Source: Octopus sinensis (Eukaryota). Taken from it: a stretch of DNA of 64,000 nucleotides. Each line of letters begins with the position of its first letter. Positions within the stretch are counted from its first letter, which is position 1. The translations under genes and the position numbers were made by a program. This document shows positions 26,613-39,567 of the stretch, one piece after another. The notes beneath the pieces were generated by a model. It saw nothing but the letters and a program-made list of their open reading frames with translations, was not told the origin of the DNA and did no database searches. The stretch covers positions 30,008,001 to 30,072,000 of the forward strand of contig NC_043009.1 in the NCBI RefSeq assembly GCF_006345805.1, read 5' to 3'.

Positions 26613-28178
26613 ATGAGCAACGTTCGAAATTAATATTTCAGAATGAATTCTAGTGAATGAGTTCCTATCTCCGAGTAGTCGACTGATATTCATCATTACC
26701 TGAGGCACAAACGCGAAATTGACTGCAGAAACCAAAATCAGAAAGTAAAGTTACTTCGCTGCAAATTCTAGCATTTCTTGATCAACTGTTTCCATTATTC
26801 CACTATCATTGTAGAATAGTAACAATATTACATTATTATTTTGGCAAGGCCAGGCGTGTTAGTAGCAGCGACATTTGTTTAATTTGTCTAATCAGACTCA
26901 GGACAAATAATAGCACGTCCACGCGATCAGCGATTTGAACTTAGAAAGTAAAAATACTTCCCATATCGCAAGTTGTTTTGTCCATCAGGCCACTTCTTTT
27001 GCCATCCTTTGGCATCGTGAATATCAAAAGTAACCACAGGCGGTTAAAAATATAGAAGCAAGAATTAACCAGTGTGAATAAATCAAGAATAATTTTTTTT
27101 AAAAAGCGTTTGACTAGTTAAATTGTAACTAAAAGTGTTCTAAACTAAGAACAGTGAACAAAATCTTTTTATAAAGGACAAAAATAGCAGAGTTTTTTAA
27201 AAAAAGAAACTGAGAAAATCGAAGCGGGATTTAAAAGAAGAAATTCAGCAAGAAATGGCGACAAATATCTGTTTCTGGCCAGTATCTTGCAAGACTGCAC
27301 AAAGAGGAAGTGAACCAATAAGAAAGCAAACAATGCAATGAAAGCTCTGAGACTAATGACAGAATGAAAATTTTGATTTCAGCTGCACAAGTCGAATGCT
27401 TACAATAAACGCTTCCAAAATATAATATATGAAGAGGTTAATATCAGCTACATATAATCAATAGAGAGAAAGAAACATCGATCAATCTTCTCCGGTTTTA
27501 CATGCTTCGGCAAAACAGAATTCTCTCTAAATGTACGATGAAGTAGTTATACCTAATAAGCAATAGATGGATGCTTTCACATGCAATCTAAAAATACATG
27601 ATATATTATGAAACATGGATAATTTAACTGGACTTCAGTCTCACAGACCTACAAGGAGATCAAAGTAAATACATACGGCTTATTAAATTCCTCTATAGAT
27701 CATTTGCCAATAAACCCCTTCTCTAGGTGTGTCGTACTCTAATTTCTATGTGCTATTACTGTTAAGTAATTAGCTAATTACTAAATCGTGCACAAAATAG
27801 AGGTTATTTTCTATGAGGTAATGCCAACAAAACAGTTGTCATTAGAGAAGCACAATGGTGATATATTACTTTCTTTCCGTAAATAGAAACATTTAATATT
27901 CCAATATTCTATAAAGCACAATTTTTCTTTTCCAGACGATAGGAGGAACATTGCAATAATATCATGTATATATTTGTTTGTATTAATGTAATATGTGTCT
28001 TTCTCTGACATTCCATTACATCCATTACGTATTCAAGCATTTACATATATATTTATAGATAGACAGACATACATATAGATAGATAAATGTATTGCGTGAT
28101 TGTATATATATATATATATATATAGATATATATATATACATATATATATATACATATATATATACATATATATATAAC

Positions 28179-28213
<35 letters not shown>

Positions 28214-28224
28214 ATATATATATA

Positions 28225-28307
<83 letters not shown>

Positions 28308-28407
28308 CAAGTATACTTACATAGACCTAAACATATAGATATTTATATATTTACGAGTAAAACGCCCCACGTCCAATGGACGATGCTGAGTTATCAAACA
28401 ATTAAGC

Positions 28408-28467
28408 CAAAGTTTCTCAAAACAACATGTTCGACCATCCCATAGGCCTCCCCTTTGAGAAACACTG
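28408..28467. mobile_element. Tiny hAT-like element (60 bp)
   Basis: caaagtttctcaaa...tttgagaaacactg termini; 8-bp flanks aattaagc / atttaacc match at 6/8. Confidence 0.4.
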
Positions 28468-28659
28468 ATTTAACCTAAATTTGAGACACCAGCAAAAGAA
28501 GAAATAAAGATAGACTTTTTTTCTATTTCAAAGAAAAACGATTTTATTCACACAAATATGCAACCGAAGAGTTTAAAGTACCAGTAACGATAAGGCTGTT
28601 GACTGGGAGAACACAAACATGGTTTAAACAGTAAGCTTGGCAGGAAAGAAACGTGCCTT

Positions 28660-28913
28660 TAAGCAGTACAAAAACAGGAAAAAATGGAAGTTGCAGTTAT
28701 ATACTGGTTGTCAGAAGAAAATCAGGACAAAAACGGTGGCTTTATCGGTCCCATTCTCACCTGGAATCTATTTTTGTAATTTTTTCTAGACTTATACACG
28801 TCCTGATACCGTCGGTATCTAGATATCAAATTTGAGCGCAATCGGATGGAGAATGCCCGAGATCCGAGAAGACTCACATAGACAGACAAACAGAACGGAT
28901 TTTATATAAGAGA
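28660..28913 (-). mobile_element. Helitron-like non-autonomous element, 5' part
   Basis: Plus strand ends ...aaatttgagcgcaatcgg...gacagacaaacagaacggattttatataagagat, the same terminal architecture as 34283-34795. 3' CTAG end not found. Confidence 0.45.
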
Positions 28914-29220
28914 TAACACAATACAGCATGTGTGTGTGAGTACGCTTCGTGTGTGTGTGTTGGGAAGAAAACTGTAGAATCCACGATTAAAACAAAGCTA
29001 AAATAAAATAAGAGTTACCAAGTTAATTTCCCCTCGTTTTTCTGGAAACATATACGTAAATTATTCGCATCATTTTTAATTGGCACTTAATGAATTTACA
29101 AAACAAGAGAGAAAAATAAAATGATGCCTACATTTGAACTCAAAGTCTCTTGCCTTTTCCAACTATATATTTTAAACAACACACCATGGGAAAATTATAT
29201 TGTCTAGTAAACTGTTATAT

Positions 29221-29450
29221 ATTTTTTATTGCCTACAAGGGGCTAAACATAGAGGGGAAAAACAAGGACAGACACACGGATTAAGTCGATTACATCGACT
29301 CCAGTGCGTAACTGGTACTTATTTAATCGATCCCGAAAGGATGAAAAGCAAAGCCGACCTCGGCGAAATTTGAACTCAGAACGTAACGGCAGACGAAATA
29401 CGGCTACGCTTTTCGCCTGGCGTGCTAACGTTTCTGCCAGCTCGCCGCCT
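29221..29450 (-). mobile_element. Full-length SINE family B
   Basis: Reverse complement of the family B consensus; perfect 21-bp TSD ttgtctagtaaactgttatat (29200-29220 / 29451-29471). Confidence 0.95.
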
Positions 29451-30406
29451 TTGTCTAGTAAACTGTTATATCGCACGTTCGGATGACTTCTACTCAACTC
29501 CTTGACGTCTAGACTTCTTCTATATCTACGTTTTGGGCTAGCCTACTTCATCGTCTGGGGGCGTCCACACAACTGTAAACAATAAATGAAAATATGAAAT
29601 TAAGTGCTGCTTGTCATGAGCAAAACAAAGATGCACAATGATTTTCGGTATCAGAATATATAAAACAGTTTGAGGCAAATAAAATTGAGATGCAAGAAAC
29701 AGAAATTGTAATATATAAAAGATATATTATTGATGGGAATGAAAGCCCCTTCATAGCCAATACCTAAAAGCGATTGAAGAAATAAAGGCAACAGCCAGTG
29801 CTCCGGATTGCAGGAGTGGTAGCTGAGGCCAGAAAAAATATTAGTTGTGACGCATGGTGAAACAAAGGGAAGTAGAAAGCATGAAAACATCAGGAGAAAC
29901 ATTCAGAATTTGTAGCGGTTAGGAAGAAATAATTAACCATATTGTCCGTGGTTTCGCGTTTTGTGTTGAAGATATCTACAGTCACACATAGGATGATGCT
30001 TGGCAGAACTGAAAATTAAGCCAGCATTAACAAATATGAGCAGAACACCGAGAGAATAAGAATAGTGTTGAAAAGAACAGAAAGAGAAACAGATCATACT
30101 TTCTGATATATACTGAATAACACACAAATAGAACAATGCTAATCAACGTGGTATTGTTTTCAGAAACGATTTGCAAAATAAATACCTCCTAAGCGAAGAA
30201 CGAAGTACGTATCGCAACGGGCGATTATCTATCTGTAAAATAAATTAAGAATCTTCCAAAATATAAATATCTTGAGTTCCAGAGAAATGCAGATAATCAG
30301 AATGGAAGAGCTAAAAACAGAATCAATTCGCATTAATAACTGGTGCCTTGAGAGGGTTTACATAAATATAAAACTTGCAAACAAATATATGCTCTCCAGC
30401 ACTTAC

Positions 30407-30503
<97 letters not shown>

Positions 30504-31404
30504 GTATATAGTATATATGTATGCATGCATGTACATATATATATGTATAATTGCGTAATATTTGCACATATAGGCAATATTCAGATTGCGTAGAATAGAT
30601 TCAGTACAAAACCAAGCCAAAAATGTTTGTACTTACGCATGTTATGCAGAGATACATTTAGTTTTGTAGCGAAAATTGGCAATAAAATTAAGATTTCCTG
30701 AAATAATAATATTTTGAAACATTATATCAAAATCTACAAATATAGAAAATCAAACTTCATTTGCTTTGCTACAGTTCAGTCTTATTAGCATCTGCCGAAA
30801 AGCAACAGCTCAATATGTTTAGCGTTTTACGTACAACCTTATAAATACATATCAAATACACTTGAGATAATAAGTTTTGGTTCCGATGTGACTGTCTTTA
30901 ATTAAATACATATTTATAGTATACTGAGTGACAATTATACCCAATAGAATGCCAAAGATGGTAGCATAGATTTTAGAACAGGACTATTTGGTAACGTATC
31001 TTCACACTCATAAATACACACAAATATCTTCATGCACAAACTTAATTTATCCATTTATACACGCAAGCAGGACCCATAATATATATATATGTGTGAGTGT
31101 GGGTGTGTGTATGTATGAATATATATACTTATTACATTATCGAATAATGAGAATGAGTGCTCGACACCGCATTTGGTGAATAAATTTTCTTCATTTCCGT
31201 ATTAACAATGCTTCCACTGACATTATGTGGGAAAGAATTCCGCAATCTTCAAGTGATTCACTAAAAAATGCGAATAACCGGCGCCATCTTCATTCAGACA
31301 CGCGGATAAAAACGTTTAAAGAAATATTACTAAAGCATATTACTCTACCTCCGGTATTCGAGTACTGTTTTCTCCTACCTTGGTTTCCATGTATGTGATT
31401 ACTT

Positions 31405-31443
<39 letters not shown>

Positions 31444-31759
31444 AAAGTTCAATTTGTGGTTAAATAACCCACGTTAAGGGATAATAATATCCTATGAATT
31501 TACTGGTTTATTACCTACTAATTATTTTGAATATTAGTTTTAATACTAAAAAATAGGTAATTAAATAAACCGAGGTTTATATTTATTTTAAAGAAATAAG
31601 AAAATAGAGATAAATCAATTCATGGTGATATTTATTAATTACAAAATTAGAAATAATCCTTGACAGTTGTTTCAATTCAAAAATTTTAAAATAATTAGAA
31701 TAATTAAATCATTATAAAGTTGAATCTTGTCGGAGGTACAAAAAAAGATATGTCCTTAC

Positions 31760-32320
31760 ATTTTTATGTTTTTATGTGTCAAGTATATGGAGCATTTCGC
31801 CTCTTTCCATCTAAGTGTGGATGAAATCATTTCCTGGGGCATTCTTTGCTCTAGCATTTCTCACGAAACCATTCACCTCTTTCTCCCTGATGTCCCCAAT
31901 TTGATATTCGATATCAGGTTCTAAAAGACGCTTTAACCCATTTAGAGGTGGTAGTGGCTGGTTACGGTGCAGATTGCTGTAGCTTTCTCTGATATAAACG
32001 TCTAATGCTTCTTTCGTGCACGACAAAGTGCCACTTTTTGGTTCAGTGTACAGCTCCTTAGTAACCTCGCACGGATCCTTCAGAAACTGTTCCCGAGTCC
32101 TTTTATTTTCCGTTCGTCGTTCCTATCGGCGGAAATAACGTTGAACATAACGGCTTTTCCTTTTCCAATCGTCGTACAGCAGTGCGAGGCCAGGCATTTG
32201 TCGTCTTCCGTAGTACATTTCCATCGCTTTCTTAGGCTTGCCTTTTCCTTCCTCAAATGTTTCATTATTTGTCACAACAGAGTTAGTTTTACTTCAGTTG
32301 TTGCTTCTGTGTCTCCGTTT
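31760..32320 (-). mobile_element. RLE-type non-LTR retrotransposon fragment (HERO/NeSL-like), pre-RT region
   Basis: Frames give MKHLRKEKASLRKRWK... and KRTREQFLKDPCEVTKELYTEPKSGTLSCTKEALDVYIRESYS...IGDIREKEVNGFVRNARAKNAPGND, matching the F..DP / E..E..E.......KSAPG.DG region upstream of RT. Frameshifts and stops present; clade inferred. Confidence 0.7.
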
Positions 32321-33428
32321 CTCGAAGAAACTTAAAATACTGGTAAGTATCGTTAGCTACAAGCGTAACAGCAACTAGGTACAATACACACGTGTATGTG
32401 CGTGAGTATGAAATGATACATATAGATATAAATCTATATATATGTATATATGTATGAAGTTACACACACATACACACACATATACATATATATATTTAAA
32501 GATTAGATGAAATCTTCTTAAATTAAAGGTGAAGAACAATGCACGTTACTAATTTATGTGAACCTCCATGGCAAAAGTAGAAACACAAAAGAAGGCATTT
32601 TCAATTACATACACTTACTACTCCATACAAGAAATAAAACTAATTGACACAATATAAAGCATTATATTTAGGCAACAAAGGAGATATTCATTTGATAGCT
32701 TTGCAGTTCCGAACATTTTGCATCGATGTAATATACTGCTGTACTTGTTGCTCCCGTCTGTTTACTGTTACACAAAGACTTCTATTCGATAGAGGTTAAC
32801 AACAGATTTGTAGAAGAGAAGTAATGAAAAGAAGAAGGGAATTAGCCATGATATTATAAATGTCGGAAGATGGTCGTTGTAGATATCTATTTAATGTAAG
32901 TGTACTCAGAGAGCACGGGGGCATATAGTTAGCAATTTGCTAAACTGAATAGCTGCGGTAATCATACTGTAATGTTATATATGTTTGAATCAGATTAGTC
33001 TTTGTACTGCAGCGACTTCGCTTTGACTCTTCAACACTAATTATCGTCTGTCATATAAAGAGAGAGAAACGAAATAAAATGAATGGAAAAATAGAAGGAA
33101 AGAAAACTGGAAAGACAAATGGAGGGAAAAGAATGAACAAGAAAATACACCAAACAATTTTCTGGCCGCGAAATATCTCTCTTCTATATGGGGTAAATAA
33201 ATATTGTTGAGATGTGATTGCTGTAGTTAACCGAGGACAGAAGAAGGAAAGAACTATTTCTGGGGTTATTATTTCTGGTTTTTCCTCTACGCTCCCCCAT
33301 CTAGAATTGTTGCTTTCTTCTTCCACATACGATAAGCCGAATCATTGAATTAGTCACAGAGAATATATATATAATTCGCTTCGTACATGAATACATACAC
33401 CGCACAATACATATGTATATATTTTAAA

Positions 33429-33513
<85 letters not shown>

Positions 33514-33515
<2 letters not shown>

Positions 33516-33597
33516 CACCTGAGGAGACACAGTTACATCAACGGATATTCTAGCCGTGAGGGCTCGATGCTAAATCGGCCGAAACAATTTTAGTGAT
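33514..33597 (+). ncRNA. Type I hammerhead ribozyme-like motif with long stem II insert
   Basis: atcac (33514-18)-CTGAGGA (33519-25)...GAAAC (33581-85)-aattt-TA-gtgat (33593-97). Stem I atcac/gtgat is perfect; stem II base is imperfect; lies right after a (TA)n tract. Confidence 0.55.
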
Positions 33598-34282
33598 CAC
33601 TAAGCATTCTCGTTTCTTCCAGCTTCTTTCTCTCTCATAAATCATATATATATACACATATACATTTTAAACATACATATTCAGTCACTATTTGATTAGT
33701 AGCTCAGACAATTCAAGTATGCCAGCACCAATTCCGTTTCACAGATACAACTGATACATCTCTCATTAAAATTTCATTAAACGCATCAGCAAGTCAACGC
33801 CATTCTAATCACAAATTCTGTTGCAATATATTACAATAATGCTTTAATAAAATATCACCCTCTGAACACGAAACAGCAATCTAGAAACCACAAATCGTAA
33901 TTCAGGCAAATATGATACTCAACAACTTTCAAACGTAAACATAAAAACGCTTACATCGGACTCACGACAACAACACTTTCTCTTTGGTTGACAATGCATT
34001 GACAAAGAACCACTACAACCTATCACCAAGTAATATATAAAAAGAACTGGATAGAAATTTAGTACAGCAAATATATTTGACAGAAAGCAGTACCTCAGTT
34101 TATATTGTTTTCTATGAAACAATGAGAAGAATAACATTAGAAGCATTCATAATAACAAAGTACGAATATTCGATAGACACACGGATTAATCATACGCAAA
34201 GCATATATCATCCTACTATGAATGTTTTTCAACATTATCGTTACGAAATTATTAAATCAGGTGTTCAACGATGTATTAATAA

Positions 34283-34795
34283 CTAGCAGTATCGCCCGGC
34301 GTTGCTCGGGTTTGTAAGGGAAATAACTATATAAGTATTTTTAGAGAGTTACTTCCCTTATAGATGCCAATTCGGGCTTTTTTAGCCATTTCTGTTTTGG
34401 TGTCTTCAAGCCATGAAGTCGTTGTTCTAAAAGAACGCTGGTCTCCTTGACAGCGCTTTACGACGTTGATTTCCTTACACTCCCTTCCTCACAGCTTCAC
34501 GAGGGAGGGAAGAAGGGGGAGAAGCAAACAGGTGCAGGTGAGACCATGGACGCCAACTCCGCCGCCATCGACACACGAAAAATTATGCATTAAAATGGAA
34601 TAAAAAATGATGTTAAATTATTTTTAAAATCGTAGACTCATCGTAGACGCGCGCTAATACTCAGACGGGCTCGATATAAATCACGACTATAAGATACCCG
34701 AATTTGGTTAAACTGCACCGCAAAATGTGGGAGGAGTTAGGAATCTAAATCGAAGGGGACAGACACTCACACAACTATACTTTTATATATATAGA
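34283..34795 (-). mobile_element. Non-autonomous Helitron (513 bp)
   Basis: Minus strand A|TCTATAT...CCCGAGCAACGCCGGG (hairpin, 34295-34310)-cgatactg-CTAG|T: 5' TC, 3' CTAG, subterminal GC hairpin, A/T target, no TSD. Confidence 0.9.
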
Positions 34796-35091
34796 TATAA
34801 TTATTCCCTAAACACTTTGCACGTTACTGCTGGATTATTTGGCTTAGCGTCATTACAATACTTAAATTTGAACATGCGTGTCTCGAAACATCGAAACAAT
34901 AGTTTTTAGGACATTTTTGTTCCAAACTGTGAGAAAAATAATTGACCTTGACCATAACAGTTTTGTAAATACAATAATTCTTATTTAAAGACAGATTAAA
35001 AACACGTATATTTTATGCATATATACATCAAGGCACACGTACGTGCGTGTGTGTTGCTATCCGTAGCAGGAGAATGGTTGTTACTGTTGAA

Positions 35092-35322
35092 GGCGGCGAG
35101 CTGGCAGTAACGTTAGCACGCTGGACGAAATGCTTAGCGGTATTCCGTCTGCCGTTACGTTCTGAGTTCAAATTCCGCCGAGGTCGACTTTGCCTTTCAT
35201 CCTTTCGGGGTTGATTAAATAAGTACCAGTTACGCACTGGGGTCGATATAATCGACTTAATCCGTTTGTCTGCCCTTGTTTGTCCTCTCTGTGTTTAGCC
35301 CCTTGTGGGTAGTAAAGAAATA
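35092..35322 (+). mobile_element. Full-length SINE family B
   Basis: ggcggcgagctggcag...gttcaaattccgccgaggtcgac...gccccttgtgggtagtaaagaaata; perfect 16-bp TSD ggttgttactgttgaa (35076-35091 / 35323-35338). Confidence 0.95.
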
Positions 35323-35714
35323 GGTTGTTACTGTTGAACGGAAGCCACACATTTTAGAAACGGTGTTGAAGTGTATATCGACAATATCAATTGCAGTGAT
35401 TAACAGGTTATTTGTAGTAGCAAACTTTCAAGCAACCCCGATATCTGTGGTGTTTATTTGAATTCAGAATTTGACGATCGGAATAAAATACAGAATAATT
35501 TTATATAATAATTGGCAGAACTAATTTATGTCAAACTCTGTGTAGATGTATATATAGGCGTGTGTGTGTGTGTGTGTGCAGCTATGTGTGTGTTTTACTT
35601 GCGTGTGGTCTATGATATATATGTGTGTGCATGTGTGTGTGCGTCTACGTGTATTTTAGACTGAGTTTTAAAGTACGAAACCTAATCTTTACCTATCACC
35701 GAGTGCCGTCTGAC

Positions 35715-35780
35715 TACTATTACCCCTACTACTGCTACTACTGCTGCTGCTGCTACTACTACTACTACTACTGCTGCTGA

Positions 35781-35815
<35 letters not shown>
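35715..35815. repeat. (CTA)n/(CTG)n compound repeat
   Basis: Seen directly. Confidence 0.95.
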
Positions 35816-36201
35816 AGATTTTTAGTACAAATCACCTGGAGCATTACAACAATACGCTTAAACCATCTTGCATATTTTAAAGCGAATCCCAAAGAATTTA
35901 TCTTTGCAAATCGCTTTCTTCGCCACTTTTCTTATTCTCTCCTCATCATGTGTCCATATCTACATATTTGCGGGTAGTAATACGTCTTATCTTAAATTTG
36001 TGTTACGGAAATTGATAATGAAAGCAAGGATTTTATTACAGGATTATGTTGGACCATGGTACAGCCTCAAGAATATTTCTGCTCACTGAAAACACAATAC
36101 TCTACAGATGTTTTTCACTCCGACAAAAACTATTCTGGAAAAGTGTTTAATATATGTTTAAAATAGAGCTATAGTACCCGATATAAATATTTTATCGCTA
36201 T

Positions 36202-36639
36202 AAGGCAGCGAGCTGGCAGAAACGCTTGCGTGCCAGACGCAATGCTTTGTGGTATTTCGTCTGTCTTTGCGTTCTGAGTTCAAATTATTCCAAGGTCGAC
36301 TTTGCATTTCATCCTTTCGAGGTCGATAAATTAAGAACCAGTTACGGACTAGGGTCGATCTAATCAATTTAATCCCTTTGTCTGTCCTTGCTTGTCCCCT
36401 GTATGTTTGGCCCCTTGTGGGCAATAAAGAAATAAGAAATAAGAAACGTTAGCATGCCAGGCGCAATGCTTTGTGGTATTTCGTCTGTCTTTACGTTCTG
36501 ACTTCAAATTCCGCCGAGGTCGACTTTGTCGGTCATCCTTTCGGGGTCGATAAATTAAGTACCAGTTTCATACTGAGGTCGATGAAATCGACTGGCCCCT
36601 TCCCGCAAAATATAGAGCCTTGTACCTAGAATAAAAATG
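36202..36639 (+). mobile_element. Head-to-tail dimeric SINE family B
   Basis: Two family B bodies with different tails; one TSD aatatt(t/c)tatcgctat (36186-36201 / 36640-36655, 15/16) encloses both. Confidence 0.85.
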
Positions 36640-36973
36640 AATATTCTATCGCTATGGTAACTTTTAGGCCTTCTGAACACCTAGTATCCTACCAAAGTGT
36701 CCTTCAACAATTACCGCTCACGCATGAGTCTACAAAGACACGAAGGGGGCGTTGCAATCGAGGCAAACGTTCGCTGCTTCAAAAGGGACGAAACTATAGC
36801 TTAACCAACGGTGAATAGTTAAACTCACAAAGCATAATGATTATAACGAAGGGCATCGTTCATATGTTGCTTCTCGTTAATTTGAGCTAATTGAAAGGAG
36901 ATTATATTTCATTAGCAAAGACTGCATTAGATTAATCAAATGCATGATATTAGTGAAGCACACACATATATAT

Positions 36974-37004
<31 letters not shown>

Positions 37005-37011
37005 CATATAC

Positions 37012-37056
<45 letters not shown>

Positions 37057-37103
37057 GTGTCTGTGTGCTCGCGCGTGTATGTATGTATATATTTGCATAT
37101 ATA

Positions 37104-38042
37104 CAAGAGGAAATCAAAAATTATCCGCACTTTCGCCATAACATTGCTTTATTATAGTCATACTGCCTCCTGCGCATGCATGTTCATAGTTGCTACTATT
37201 GTGCTCACGTGATCGAAGTTAGAGCCTGATCGCGCCATTTTTTCTTTCTATCTTTACAGTGTAAGCGTAGTCGCTCCAGTAAGCAATGTGCACCAACAAT
37301 GAACCAAGAGCAGTGATCCGAGTTCGCTGGACAATGTGTGTACGATCAACATTGCAAGATGCAGTGCTTTGTTGATCAACAAGCTGAGGCCAGCAATTCG
37401 CACGAAACACCGAAGCTTATTATCGAAGAACGTTTTGTTGTTCTATGACACTGAACGCCCACACACACACCGCCCAGACCGTTGAGACAATTAACCAATT
37501 CAGTTTTGAGGAGCAGGAACATTCTGCCTACAGCCTAGATCTCACCCCTTCCGACAATCATTTCTTTGAACCGCTCAAGATAGTGCTTTGTTGATCAACA
37601 AGCTGAAGCCAGCAATTCGCACGAAACACCGAAGCTTATTATCGAAGAACGTTTTATTGCTCTATGACATTGCACGCCCACACACACACACCGCCTAGAC
37701 CGTTGAGACCATTAACCAATTCGGTTTTGAGGGGCAGGAACACTCTGCCTACAGCCTAGATCTCACCCCTTCCGACTATCATTTCTTTGAACAACACAAA
37801 GATGGTTTAGGAGGTCGTCGATTTCCTAAACGGATGAAGATGTGAAGAAAGTGGTGCATAAATAGTTACACGACCAGCTAAAAACCTCCTTGGAGGGAAC
37901 ATGTAAGCTTATGGATCGCTGTACGAAGCGCATCGAAAAGGAAGGAGACTATATAGAAAAATTATGTACTTGTTAAAACCCTACTTTTCTGTAAATACTT
38001 AGAAAACGCGAGAGAGCCTATAATTTTTTAGTCTCCCTCGTG
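37104..38042 (+). mobile_element. Defective mariner (DD34D-type) element with internal deletion and tandem duplication
   Basis: Remnants C..EPRAVIR..W, KLRPAIRTKHRSLLSKNVLL.YD(T/I)(E/A)RPH, AYSLDLTPSD(Y/N)HFF and EKEGDYIEK. Decayed TIRs (caagaggaaatcaaaaattat / ataattttttagtctccctcg) flanked by TA. Confidence 0.9.
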
Positions 38043-38049
38043 TATATGT

Positions 38050-38132
<83 letters not shown>

Positions 38133-38159
38133 ATAGATAGATAGATAGATAGATATAGG

Positions 38160-38190
<31 letters not shown>

Positions 38191-38752
38191 GAGATTGGAA
38201 GAGGGCGTGAGCAAGTGACCTATAAATGTATATACACATGTAATAACCGGTACTCAGTCGGTTAAGACGACGTGGGTTCCAGCTGGTATCTATTAGTACA
38301 AGCATTATTAAGTAAAGTGGAACTGAATATGAAGTAACAAGGTAATGCTTGTTTGTGTATAAGAGTGTGTATGTTTCTGTGCGCGTGTGCATGTGTGCAG
38401 TCTTTATAATTTATATCTGGACACATTGAATACTTGTTTGATGAACGACTAATTTAGAAGAATATAATTAAAGCGCGGTTGTGAGTCTGCGAGAGACACA
38501 CACACAGGCAGAAAGTCACTCTTTCACACACATATACACAAACATACACACGTCGTGTTCCACCATATTCAGTAACAAAAAGATGGTATGCGCGACGAGA
38601 CACTTCGGAATTCTTCGCTTAGAAGGACGATGCTATGTGGTTCGAAGATAAATATTTAAACTCACAATCATCACTCTCTCTCTCACTTTGTTTCTTTCTC
38701 TCCTTCTCTCGCTCCCTGTTTCTTTCTCTCTCTCTCTCTCTCTCTCTCTACA

Positions 38753-38787
<35 letters not shown>

Positions 38788-38816
38788 TATATATATATAT
38801 ATATATATAATATATA

Positions 38817-38884
<68 letters not shown>

Positions 38885-39312
38885 TATATATGTATATATA
38901 TATACCCACACATTCATACACGCTGTAACAGATGCACATAGGTGTGTGTCTATATGAGCGTAAATACATACATACGTGTTGATTGTGTCTGTATGAAACT
39001 TAGAAAGAAATTCTATATTACGCTTGATTTATTTCAAAGAGAGTAAACAGTTCCAGAATAGAATCGTAGAACTAGCTAAATATAACTAGTGGGAGATATG
39101 GAATGTTTGCGAAGGCCGAATATCTTAAACATTACTGTTAATGGTACCAATATTTAATTCTTCCATCATCGTCAAGTGAAGTGTGTTTTCTGATCTAAGT
39201 AACAAATACGTCTCCATTTGGTTACTCAAAATTCTAGAAACAACAGTCATATATTCCTTCATTCAAGACCCTACCTTCTTAAATGGCCAAGACTATTTGT
39301 GGTAATATAGAC

Positions 39313-39567
39313 CAGGAGTTCTAAACTGGATTCCATATGGCCCTTGGAGGTCCATAAAAGATTTTTTAGTTAAAATTCGTCTGCGATAAATTGTTCATAC
39401 TTCTACACTACACAAGATATTTTAACAATTTTTTGATACAATTCCAAATAATATTTAATCATAAAAATATAAAATGATATTATTTAAAGCTTTGAGTGGC
39501 AGCGAAAATCCACCCGAGTATAATAAGATTCAGTGGTGTCCATAGGCAAAAATTTTGAAAAACACTG
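39313..39567. mobile_element. hAT-type MITE
   Basis: Termini caggagttctaaact...ttttgaaaaacactg; 8-bp TSD atatagac / atatatac (7/8). Confidence 0.75.
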
